From a virus: 64,000 nt of DNA. Below the pieces are notes generated by a model, which saw only the letters and a list, made by a program, of their open reading frames with translations, did not search any database and was not told where the DNA came from. The position numbers were made by a program, and so were the translations under genes. Shown here one piece after another: positions 30,783 to 40,291 of this stretch (position 1 is its first letter; each line of letters starts with the position of its first letter). The DNA lies in the IMG/VR virus record IMGVR_UViG_3300024999_000042; one strand, given 5' to 3'.

Positions 30783-31149
30783 TGTGAATTAGTTCCTCCA
30801 AAATCTTAAAATCAGTATAATCTTCAAGATATATCTCGACAAATTCTCCAACTAAACCAAATAATTTACTCTCTAATTGCATACTCCCTACACAATATCC
30901 CTCTACTTTTTGTTCATTAGTTCTACACATGTGTAAACAGCCCATACCATTAAATTCAATATTATTTGCTCTTCCTAAAACTCTTACTAATTTATTGTTA
31001 ATGTTTTTACCATTAAAAATATTATCTAGAATGTTTGTTAATGATGTTCCAGAATTATCAGAAGAAGATGTGATAATATAATTAATTCTATTATTTATTG
31101 ATGGAATGTCTGAGATAGTAAGTTTACCTTGGAAATGATATTTTCTCAT
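30754..31149 (-). CDS. hypothetical protein
   Basis: 131 aa with GAGGT RBS. Confidence 0.55.
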   Translation of the reverse strand: MRKYHFQGKLTISDIPSINNRINYIITSSSDNSGTSLTNILDNIFNGKNINNKLVRVLGRANNIEFNGMGCLHMCRTNEQKVEGYCVGSMQLESKLFGLVGEFVEIYLEDYTDFKILEELIHNEDAKSIVS

Positions 31150-31184
31150 TTTATTTACCTCTTTCTATTTCATTATATTTTTTA

Positions 31185-32206
31185 TTAATCAGTTATTTCT
31201 ACTTTATATTTCATTAGAGAATTGTATACATTTTCTGGTATTAAATCATAATACTTTTTAGCTATTTCTTTTATCAAATTTTCTTTGTAATCTTTGTATT
31301 TATTAAATGCTAGTTTTGGAGTGGCATAGGTTCCTAGTTTTTTCTGAGTTCCAGTACCGTCACTGCATGAAGCTTGATATCTTCCGTTAGATTGTAAAAT
31401 ACACCTATTGGAAACTTTCCTCTATCATTTTGGTGTTTTACAAATAATACGTTTATATCACTAGGTACAAAACAACACATATTAGGACTGTATAATTTAT
31501 TACCTTTAATTAATATATCTTTATCAAGATGTATTTTTTGCCCATCAATTTTATAAAAGTTTTCTTTATACCACATAGCGAAATTTTGAAAGTTTAACCA
31601 TTCATCACAGACTGTGCATCCTATGTACGTTGGTCTATCCTCTTGTTTATTTTTATCATAACATCTTTGTATCATATTTCTCCATGTATAATATGCACTT
31701 TCGTAATTGACACAATTATATTCTCCAGTTCCCATATAAGAATTTCCTAATCCTAAATTTGTTGGATTTCTTACATCTCCACTTTTAAAACTACCATATG
31801 TACAATTTTTTATATGTCCATTATCAAAACGTACAATTGTGTTTTTGTAATTTATATAATCTATTATTGTCATCTTGCAACCAGATCTACTAATAATTGA
31901 TTCTCCTACTCTTTTATCTTTATTATTATTTATTTTTGTTTCATTTGCCTTTTTCTTACCATACAACATAGTGGCACATCTTTGACAATAATATTTTTCA
32001 TCATCTCTAACAGATTTTTTATAATCACACCATCTTATTTCTTTTAATATAAGATTTTTACAATCGATATTATCACATGTAACTTCTACTCCAACAATAG
32101 AACCATTTGGCAAATCTTCTACTTTAACTTCAAATTCATCTTTCCATTGGGTAAAGATATAACCTCTATCTTCGTACCACTTTTTGTTTTTAGGATTCCA
32201 TTTCAT
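31185..32206 (-). pseudogene. HNH-AP2-type homing endonuclease with a 1-nt frameshift before the C-terminal domain
   Basis: WRNMIQRCY, VCDEWLNFQNF, LDKDIL..GNKLYSP..CCFVP. The C-terminus (GRYQASC...LGTYATPKLAF...YKVEITD) continues in another frame from ~31390 to a stop at 31185. Confidence 0.78.
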
Positions 32207-32525
32207 AATTACAGTTTTAGTTAATAACGTTTTTAAAACCTCTTTCTATTATTAAATTTATATTTGTACCATATGTAGTTTTTATATTTTTAACTTGTAG
32301 TCAATATACTGATTTTAGGTGTTATTTGTAATAATTACAATAAAGTCTCTAAACCCTACTGTCATAAGGGATACAGGGATTATCTTACATCAATTATGTG
32401 CCATAATATCGACTCTATTTGCCTCGCTAAATTGACATAGGTAAGATTGTGTCAAATAGATTTTTTAAACGCTTAGAAGGATAATTTTATGATTTTTTGG
32501 ATTGTTATGTCTTAATATAATTATT

Positions 32526-32924
32526 TTATTTTTCACTTTCCATAATATCTTTTAATTTTTGTTTCTCTTTTTCTTTCTTCTGTCGAAGTTTCAATTCTTT
32601 AAGTTGTTCATTTTTTCCTTTAATCTGAAAGCGAAGGAGTTTGTGTACTTTATGTATATCAATTTCATTGAACCTTATAACTGCCTCAGTGCAAGTATCG
32701 CTACTGATATATTCCCATACTTTAATATTATCTTGTTCACATTTTGACATAAAAGATTTGGAACTTGATCCAGTTGGAAAATATATTGAGAGAGTAGATG
32801 AATCGTGGCGATAAATTTCTGTATTGTAGTGGCCTTTTAGGTAGTTATCATCTTTGTTTTTGCTTTTTGTATTGTCTGTGTTTAAGGTATGATAGACAAA
32901 ATATGTTCCAATATATTTAAGAAT
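32526..32924 (-). CDS. hypothetical protein, probable ATT start
   Basis: Open frame extends 58 codons upstream of the track ATG to an ATT behind GGAGGTG. Confidence 0.55.
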   Translation of the reverse strand: MLKYIGTYFVYHTLNTDNTKSKNKDDNYLKGHYNTEIYRHDSSTLSIYFPTGSSSKSFMSKCEQDNIKVWEYISSDTCTEAVIRFNEIDIHKVHKLLRFQIKGKNEQLKELKLRQKKEKEKQKLKDIMESEK

Positions 32925-32959
32925 TTATTTTTCACCTCCTTTGTATCAATATATAACTA

Positions 32960-33289
32960 TTATAAATTTTTATAAAACTCACTTTCATGCTCAATAAATC
33001 CATTATTACTATCCAAAATATTAACTCCCTGTCTATATCCATATTTTAATATAATATCTTTACCTATATTCCATGCTATATTTATACTCTCTTCTCCCAT
33101 TCCATCGTCATGAATAAGAAATCTTAATCGATTATCCTCTGGAATTAAATGAATTTCTGTAAAATATTTTTGCATTCTTAGACCATTACTACTACAATCC
33201 CATAATTCATATCCTTTACTTTTAAACACTTTTATTAGTTCTTTTACTTCTGGAAGAGTTTCTAAATTTTTGTAATCTCTATGAAACAT
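32960..33289 (-). CDS. hypothetical protein
   Basis: 109 aa with RBS. Confidence 0.55.
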   Translation of the reverse strand: MFHRDYKNLETLPEVKELIKVFKSKGYELWDCSSNGLRMQKYFTEIHLIPEDNRLRFLIHDDGMGEESINIAWNIGKDIILKYGYRQGVNILDSNNGFIEHESEFYKNL

Positions 33290-33321
33290 TTTTATTTCCT
33301 TCTTTCTATTATTTTAATAAC

Positions 33322-33516
33322 TTAATATGTATCATAACTATACATTAATTTCTTATTATCACATTCTTCACAAACTAAATGAACCCAATGTTCTGTGTAA
33401 CTATCATCATACCACATATTGAATTTCTCAGTATGTTCAATTGAAGTATTATTACTATGACAATTTTTGCACTCAATATGAAAACCTATATCAACTAATC
33501 TCACCTCCTTTTCCAC
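33322..33516 (-). CDS. small zinc-ribbon protein
   Basis: CKNC...CEEC. Confidence 0.55.
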   Translation of the reverse strand: MEKEVRLVDIGFHIECKNCHSNNTSIEHTEKFNMWYDDSYTEHWVHLVCEECDNKKLMYSYDTY

Positions 33517-33522
33517 TTAATT

Positions 33523-33551
33523 ATTATAACATTATTTTCACAATATGTCAA
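33523..33551 (-). promoter_or_regulatory. sigma-A type promoter
   Basis: TTGACA-17-TATAAT with extended TG. Confidence 0.75.
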
Positions 33552-33589
33552 ATATTTATTTATTACTTTATAGTTTATTGCTTATTACT

Positions 33590-33832
33590 TTACCTCCCTT
33601 CTCTAAGTAACTTATCCAAATACTCAATTGTATCAAATAAATCCTCTAATATATTTCCCTTCTCTGTATCAACCGAAATATATCCGTATTTATTACATAT
33701 ATCAGAGAATTCACAATAATTTGGATCGTTTTCTTTACATTCCATGCATTTATTAGGGTTTTCTTCATCTTCTAGGTCTTGAGAGAATAGTAATTGTTTG
33801 AGTTTTGTTAATTGATTTGTGGTTAATATCAT
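33590..33832 (-). CDS. hypothetical protein
   Basis: 80 aa with RBS. Confidence 0.5.
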   Translation of the reverse strand: MILTTNQLTKLKQLLFSQDLEDEENPNKCMECKENDPNYCEFSDICNKYGYISVDTEKGNILEDLFDTIEYLDKLLREGR

Positions 33833-33847
33833 TAATCATTTACTCCT

Positions 33848-34129
33848 TCACATCGTTGAATTATACAAATCTTTCATTTCATCTTTCAAAGACTCATAAC
33901 CATATTTATAATCCAATCTAGGAAATATAGTTACTGAGCGTTTCCATTTCATATGTTCTACTATTAAGATGATTTCATGCCCTATACTGTATCCTTCTTT
34001 ATCTAGTTTATCATATTGACTTACTATAAATTTAGGAGGAGAATCTGTGTCGTGACCATATTCTTGTTTACATATTTTATTTACTGCATATTGAATAGAA
34101 TCTATGATGTTTATGTGTTCTAATTTCAT
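33848..34129 (-). CDS. hypothetical protein
   Basis: 93 aa with GGAGGTG RBS. Confidence 0.5.
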   Translation of the reverse strand: MKLEHINIIDSIQYAVNKICKQEYGHDTDSPPKFIVSQYDKLDKEGYSIGHEIILIVEHMKWKRSVTIFPRLDYKYGYESLKDEMKDLYNSTM

Positions 34130-34737
34130 TTTGTTTTCACCTCCTTAAAATCACTCTCAACAATCCTAATCACCTTATAATCAAATATGCCCATAATAAA
34201 CTGTGCAAATATCTGTAATCCAATTAATATATCAATACTTACCTCTAATTTTATTACTACAATTGCCAATGTTGCTCCCATGATCTGAGCTATTGATACT
34301 AGATAACTTTCTTGTGTTTGATAATTTGTTAACTCCTCTCCTTGCCATATCTTATTAATATTACTTCTCATAATACACATCCATATAGCTGAACTTGTGG
34401 AATTCAAAATAGCAATTCCGAAAAATCTAATTTGAATATTATTCATTCCATATATTGATACAAATAAGAATCCTAAAACATCTAGAATAATGATTAATAA
34501 GAAGAATTTTTGTAATAATTCTCTATTCTTTTGCTTCTTTAATATGTAATTTATAAGAAATATTGTGATAATTCCTACCCAATTCACTATAGAATATATG
34601 TATGTGGATACTTTTTGCATGAAATATATGTTTATAGTAGGAGTTGTTAGTGCAAATAGTAGACAATTGGTGAATACGCCAGTGTAGAGGTATAATTTTA
34701 TGTTTTTTAGGTTGTGGGTATGGTTGATGTGAGTAAT
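34126..34737 (-). CDS. multi-pass membrane protein, probable ATT start
   Basis: 5-6 hydrophobic helices; frame open upstream of the track ATG to an ATT at 34737 after GGAGGTG. Confidence 0.6.
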   Translation of the reverse strand: MTHINHTHNLKNIKLYLYTGVFTNCLLFALTTPTINIYFMQKVSTYIYSIVNWVGIITIFLINYILKKQKNRELLQKFFLLIIILDVLGFLFVSIYGMNNIQIRFFGIAILNSTSSAIWMCIMRSNINKIWQGEELTNYQTQESYLVSIAQIMGATLAIVVIKLEVSIDILIGLQIFAQFIMGIFDYKVIRIVESDFKEVKTK

Positions 34738-34850
34738 ATTTTTATCACCTCCTTTGTTTATTTTATTGTTGGATTTTGAGGAAGGTGGGGTTATATTTTA
34801 GTGTTGTTTGCTGAATGTGTAAAATATGCCGCCCAGTCCCTCTTGTATAT

Positions 34851-34879
34851 AGTATAACATTTTAATATCTCCATGTCAA
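34851..34879 (-). promoter_or_regulatory. sigma-A type promoter
   Basis: TTGACA-17-TATACT with TG. Confidence 0.7.
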
Positions 34880-34916
34880 GAATATTTATATTATAATTCA
34901 ATAAAATAATTTAAAT

Positions 34917-36551
34917 TTATCTCTTCTTAATAATCCAACTAATTTTATTTGCTTTCACAACCGTATGAACATCAAACTTAGTTCTTAATACCTTACCATT
35001 AGCCCACCATTCCTTCTTTAACCAATCTAATTGTTTTTGAGTTGCAGGTTCATATTTCCACTTTGCTTTTCTATCTAAGAATGTACTATACTTTCTTGAT
35101 GCATATTTTTCTGCTTCCTCAATTAGATTAATTAAATTATCATCTTCAGATATGTAATCCTTTGTATTAATTCTATTTGTGGTATCAACCATGTACAATT
35201 CAAATATATTCTCCTGTAGATTCTTATAGATTGTATAATGTAAATCAGAAGTAATAGATAATGCAAATATTTCATTATCACACCGATACCAATTGAAATA
35301 CGCTTCGCTAAAATATTCACTCATATTAGTCTTAAATAATTTTAATTCTTCAGCAATTAATGCTAATCTCTCAATTTCTTTTTGCTTTGCTAATTCTTCT
35401 CTTTCTAACTTTTCTGCTTTATTCTTTTCCTCACGTTCAATTGCTTCAGTTAATGTTTCTTGATCTTTAATCTCTACACCAAATATATCTGTCATTGTCA
35501 TTAAATCATGCTTTCGCACTATATCAACAACATCAATTATTAAGCAATTAGATTTACTTTCTGATGTTCTGAGTCCCCTTCCTAAACACTGTACGTAGAG
35601 TATTTTACTCTTGGTCGGACGAGCAAATATAAGTGCTGTGACGTTTTCATTATCATAACCAATTGTAAGTATTCCACAATTTACAATGACTGGAAGCTCT
35701 CCATTATTAAATCTATCCATAACTTTTTCTCTTCTAGAATCTTCAATGGTAGAATCAATATAATCACAAAGAATTCCATTGTCATTAAATGTTTGAGAAA
35801 TATCTCTAGCATGAGCAATACCTGATGCAAATACAATAGTTGACTTTCTATCTGAAGCGTGTTTAATATAAGCCTCAACTATAATTTCATTTCTATTATC
35901 TGTATTTACCGCATCTTCCAACTGTCTCTGATTAAATTCTCCTGCTATTGTTTTTACATTTGATAAATCAGTTCCAGAATAAACATAAATTGCTTTAGGT
36001 TCACAAAGATAGTTATTTTTAATCATTTCTAATATTGGTTTTTGATAAATGATTCCATTGAATACTTTCTTCATTTCTAAATTCCACGGAGTAGCACTGA
36101 GACCAATTGCCTTTATATTAGGATTTAACTTATCTAGTATTTTTCTTATTTGTCCACAGGCAGCATGAGCTTCATCAAATATCACTAATTCAAAATCTCC
36201 ATGCTCAGACATTTGTTCAAGTCTAGTAGATTTAGAATGTGTTAACGATTGTCTGGACGCAACAACAATACGGTTGCCGATTTCATTCAATGACGCTTGA
36301 ACAGAACCAATATCTAAATCAGGATTAGTATTAAGTAATTTCTCGATAGTCTGCTCTCTTAAAATTGTTGATTGGATAACCAAAAGTACACGACCAACAG
36401 TATTATTTGCTATTGCAGACATTATGATGGTTTTTCCTGAAGCTGTTGGCAAGGATATGATTCCACTTTCTCCTTCTTTAAGATTGTTTACTGCTTCTAC
36501 ACTTTCTAATTGATATGGTCTTAATTCATATGCCATTTTAATAATCCTCAT
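34917..36551 (-). CDS. SF2 DEAD/DEAH-box helicase (ResIII/IRC3-like)
   Basis: LRPYQ, PTASGKT, DEAH, SAT, QCLGRGLR; C-terminal ATQKQL motif. Confidence 0.92.
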   Translation of the reverse strand: MRIIKMAYELRPYQLESVEAVNNLKEGESGIISLPTASGKTIIMSAIANNTVGRVLLVIQSTILREQTIEKLLNTNPDLDIGSVQASLNEIGNRIVVASRQSLTHSKSTRLEQMSEHGDFELVIFDEAHAACGQIRKILDKLNPNIKAIGLSATPWNLEMKKVFNGIIYQKPILEMIKNNYLCEPKAIYVYSGTDLSNVKTIAGEFNQRQLEDAVNTDNRNEIIVEAYIKHASDRKSTIVFASGIAHARDISQTFNDNGILCDYIDSTIEDSRREKVMDRFNNGELPVIVNCGILTIGYDNENVTALIFARPTKSKILYVQCLGRGLRTSESKSNCLIIDVVDIVRKHDLMTMTDIFGVEIKDQETLTEAIEREEKNKAEKLEREELAKQKEIERLALIAEELKLFKTNMSEYFSEAYFNWYRCDNEIFALSITSDLHYTIYKNLQENIFELYMVDTTNRINTKDYISEDDNLINLIEEAEKYASRKYSTFLDRKAKWKYEPATQKQLDWLKKEWWANGKVLRTKFDVHTVVKANKISWIIKKR

Positions 36552-36960
36552 TTTCTAAATTATTTATCATAATTATATTCATTGGTTTATCAATCTCATA
36601 TACATTACACTTAAACAATTCTTTAATGTTTTTATTAAACATATTTTTAAAATCTGCACCGCTTTTTTCACAATGCAATTCTGTAATCTCATCAGTAGTA
36701 AGAACGCTTTTATGTATCATAGTTAAACCTTTATTTGCATTATTCTTATCTCTTGCAACCATTGATACACTATAGCAATCGTCAAATCTCCAAGACTTAG
36801 GTTTAAGTATCATAGCGAATTCATTTTTATTTTCAACTACTAAAGTAATATCTTCATCAGAATTCATGATCTTTACAAATTTTGATGCCGTTTTTACTTC
36901 ATTAAATTTATTATAATACAACATATTATTCATCATCCTCTTCTCTTTTATTTCTTTCAT
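36538..36960 (-). CDS. hypothetical protein
   Basis: 140 aa coupled to neighbouring genes. Confidence 0.5.
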   Translation of the reverse strand: MKEIKEKRMMNNMLYYNKFNEVKTASKFVKIMNSDEDITLVVENKNEFAMILKPKSWRFDDCYSVSMVARDKNNANKGLTMIHKSVLTTDEITELHCEKSGADFKNMFNKNIKELFKCNVYEIDKPMNIIMINNLENEDY

Positions 36961-38062
36961 TCAATTCATCCTCAATCTGTTGCAAAACATCAATAGGTAT
37001 TTGTGAGCGATTTAATTCTTCTATTTCTTGAAGAGATTTTTGTTCTTCAGTTGTGAGTTCAATATTCCAGTAATTATCATTGTCATCCTCAAATGGGTCT
37101 TCAAATATATCAGGTTCGTCATCATCATTGTCATCAGATATTATTGGTAAAGGTAATGGTTTTTTGTTTTGTAGTCCTATTCCTTTGGGTATTGGTTCTA
37201 CAAATTCATTTTCTTTAACTAATTCTTTCTCTTTGTATTGCAATTCTTCATATTGTTTGAGTTTTTCCTCCAATTCTTTAATCTTAATATCTTTTTCACT
37301 TAAAATATTATTTATCTTTTGTTTAACACTTCTTTTTATATTAGATTTTATTTTATCAGTATATATCAACCCTTTCGCACTGACTTCTATTTGCAATTGA
37401 TAATTAAAATTCACCTCATCGTCCCAATTACCTATAAATGTGGTGCAATAATGTTTATCTGGTGTCAAGTAACTATTATTGTATCTAATCAGATGCAAAT
37501 CATCTTGCAATATCTTATTATATCTCTGAATGGTTCTAGAATCAGTGATTAATTTCTTTAATTTACCTTGAGTCAAATAGCCAAAATTACTTGTATTATG
37601 TGATACTCTTTTACAAGCAATAAAATATCTGATTATATTAAACTTGCTAATATTCTCACCTTGTAATTGATTAAATATATGTATTATGTCTTTATCATAA
37701 AGTTTAAAGAAATGATCTTCTGGTGGTCTGATTAATTCAATCTGGAATAATGAATCTTTACTTGATGTGGCTTCTTCAAAAGTTATCTCTTCATCACTTA
37801 AATCATAAAATTTAATTATATAATTCTTATCAGTTAAACCTTTCATAGATTCCTTTATTTTTAATACCATACCTCTATTGTTAGATGTATCAATTTTCAT
37901 CATGCTTGCTATTGCTTGAATTGAACATAGTCCAATTGATTTACTTAATTGATAATGTTTGTACATTAACACAAATACCGTAACTTCTTCATTAGAAATA
38001 CTTAGATCATCATAAATACTATTAGGTAACATAATATAGTTTCCCTTTGGATCATCGTTCAT
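36926..38062 (-). CDS. putative replication initiator / wHTH DNA-binding protein
   Basis: N-terminal YIMLPNSIY..LS..E..VF resembles phage Rep N-termini; acidic tail; upstream of the helicase. Confidence 0.4.
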   Translation of the reverse strand: MNDDPKGNYIMLPNSIYDDLSISNEEVTVFVLMYKHYQLSKSIGLCSIQAIASMMKIDTSNNRGMVLKIKESMKGLTDKNYIIKFYDLSDEEITFEEATSSKDSLFQIELIRPPEDHFFKLYDKDIIHIFNQLQGENISKFNIIRYFIACKRVSHNTSNFGYLTQGKLKKLITDSRTIQRYNKILQDDLHLIRYNNSYLTPDKHYCTTFIGNWDDEVNFNYQLQIEVSAKGLIYTDKIKSNIKRSVKQKINNILSEKDIKIKELEEKLKQYEELQYKEKELVKENEFVEPIPKGIGLQNKKPLPLPIISDDNDDDEPDIFEDPFEDDNDNYWNIELTTEEQKSLQEIEELNRSQIPIDVLQQIEDELNERNKREEDDE

Positions 38063-38096
38063 AATTTAATCAATCTCCTCAATCATATTTATTATT

Positions 38097-38285
38097 TTAT
38101 TTTAGACTATTATAGAACTCAGTTAATGCTAAGAATAATTCTTCTGTTTTTGTGAATTTATATGTTCTTATCTGTGCATCTCTTTTTATGAATATTGGTT
38201 TGATACCTTTAGTAGATAAAAAGTCTACCTCTACACTCCATTGCGTTGCATATTCTTTATCAAATTTCATTTCAAAATCGACCAC
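38097..38285 (-). CDS. small phage protein (DUF5659-like)
   Basis: KEYATQW..EV.FL..KGI...YKF.KT.EL..AL.EFY. Confidence 0.5.
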   Translation of the reverse strand: MVDFEMKFDKEYATQWSVEVDFLSTKGIKPIFIKRDAQIRTYKFTKTEELFLALTEFYNSLK

Positions 38286-38306
38286 CTTATTTAATATTTT
38301 CTATAT

Positions 38307-38456
38307 ACCTATGTAATGTGTACGTAAAATCGTACCTAGATTACATAGGTGACTGCCCATACAAAAACCAGTACACATTACATAGCACATTGTAATCTTA
38401 TACGTAAAACTGTAGTGCAATACATGTAATGTTTACGTAAAAGCGTGAGGCAGTCG
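38307..38456. repeat. iteron-like direct and inverted repeats (TGTAAT...TACGTAAAA)
   Basis: Direct copies at 38311, 38391 and 38424; inverted partial copies at 38340-38350 and 38371-38383. Confidence 0.8.
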
Positions 38457-38620
38457 CTGTAAAGTATATAATTAATTTGTACTAAGATCACAGTGAATGA
38501 AGATAGATATAAGTATAAAGAAATAAAGAAGTAATAAAGATAAAAATATAATAAAGAGATATATTCATTTGCTAAAGCAAAATGAGAAATGTTTTTGCTT
38601 ATTATTTATTATTTATTTTT

Positions 38621-39358
38621 TTAACTTTTATTATTTTTTAATTCTAATGTATCAGCAATAAATTGTCTTCCTTCAATTGTTGATAATATCACATAATTAA
38701 TACTACCATCTTTATACTTTTTCTTTGTACCATTCTCAAAATATCCTTGTTTTATGTATTCATCTTTAACATAATATGCACGATTACTTGATTTTGTAAA
38801 TATATCTTTTAAGAATAATTGTTCATATATTTTATCTTGTGTAAACTTCATTTTGTATCCATCTAGTTTAAGCTTAGAATATGTATCTAAACAATTTAGT
38901 GTTCTATTGTTTAATTTAGCTTTTAATTTTTCTTTTTTAGGATTAGTTGGAAAACTTGCTTCTAGACCATTATTTCTAATTAGATTGTGTAAATATTTTG
39001 CATCAATGTTCTTACTAATTATTATCTTCCTACCATTCAGAACTTCTTCAATTGTATTTTCTACATTATATCCATTAGCAATAGAATCATATTTGTCAAT
39101 ATATTTACCTTCTACATATATTAATTGCATTTTAGTTTTATAAGGACTATCTAAATTTTGCATTTCTTCTATTATCTTAAATGTAAAATTTTCTTCACCA
39201 TATGTATTCCACGCTTTTTGCAATTTGTAACTATGATGAGAATTATTGTTTAGTTCATCTATATGTTCATCCCAACGTCTTTCTATATCTAGACTTTCAC
39301 CAATATAATATGTGTTGTTTATTTTGTTTATGATTCCATATATTCCTATTGTCATCAA
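38621..39358 (-). CDS. GIY-YIG endonuclease
   Basis: IGIYGI.NKIN...YIGES.DIERRW.EH; GYN. Confidence 0.88.
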   Translation of the reverse strand: MMTIGIYGIINKINNTYYIGESLDIERRWDEHIDELNNNSHHSYKLQKAWNTYGEENFTFKIIEEMQNLDSPYKTKMQLIYVEGKYIDKYDSIANGYNVENTIEEVLNGRKIIISKNIDAKYLHNLIRNNGLEASFPTNPKKEKLKAKLNNRTLNCLDTYSKLKLDGYKMKFTQDKIYEQLFLKDIFTKSSNRAYYVKDEYIKQGYFENGTKKKYKDGSINYVILSTIEGRQFIADTLELKNNKS

Positions 39359-39515
39359 TCTTACTCCTCTATCAATTTATTTATTCTTGTAGTTGTTATA
39401 AACATTTATTTTTATACTTATGTAAAACCACTAGCAATAATATTAATTTGTATCATCAATACAATTATTCTCCTTTCTTAATTTAATTTATTTCATAGTT
39501 ATCCCTCACTTAATA

Positions 39516-39544
39516 AGTATACCATACTAAAATAAACATGTCAA
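39516..39544 (-). promoter_or_regulatory. sigma-A type promoter
   Basis: TTGACA-17-TATACT with TG. Confidence 0.7.
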
Positions 39545-39976
39545 CAAAATTATTTATATATTTGTAAAAGAATTTATTCAACAATATAAAAATCAATTCG
39601 AACCATTCCTAATCAAATACTCAATATACTTTTCCATCTCACTCTTTACTGCTAATCTTGCCTGATCAATTCCATGACCAGATTCTACATGATAAATTTC
39701 TAAGGATATGTTTTGTCTGAATGGGTTGGGAATTGTTGAACTGATTTCTCTCCATTTTGTTTTACCTTTTGAGAATGAATATGTACAGAATATGTTGTTT
39801 AGGATTTGATTGAAATCTTGAGCAATGGAATAGAGATTGGATATGGATTTGAGTTGTGATTTATAGTTTTGGAATTGATTTAGATTATTTTGTTAGGGGG
39901 TTACTCCTTTCTTTTATAGAAGAATTTCAACCTAATAACCTAATGAAAGTTATTAGATTGAAATATCAAAATATAT

Positions 39977-40201
39977 TTAAATTTCTCCATTAATATCATT
40001 TTCCATACACCAATCTAAAAATTCATCCTCTAATTTAGTTATACTGTCCTCTACCTCTTCTTCTGGCATTCCATTGATAATGGAATCTTCGTAAATATCT
40101 TCCTTGGTTTTATAACCATTAACTTTTAACCAAACACTAAAATCAGAATACTTTTCTCCATCAATTGTACGAACCATCACTCCATCAATTAATTCTTCCA
40201 T
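39977..40201 (-). CDS. small acidic protein
   Basis: 74 aa, GAGG RBS, strongly acidic. Confidence 0.55.
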   Translation of the reverse strand: MEELIDGVMVRTIDGEKYSDFSVWLKVNGYKTKEDIYEDSIINGMPEEEVEDSITKLEDEFLDWCMENDINGEI

Positions 40202-40291
40202 TTGAATACCTCTTTCTTTTAAGTCTTGATTGTATTATACACTTATTACTTTATTAATGCAATAAGTGTATAATTTTATTTATCGCTTTGA

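Noticed and set aside
38307-38456. Possible CRISPR mini-array
   Set aside because: Repeats are short, degenerate, irregularly spaced and partly inverted; no cas genes.
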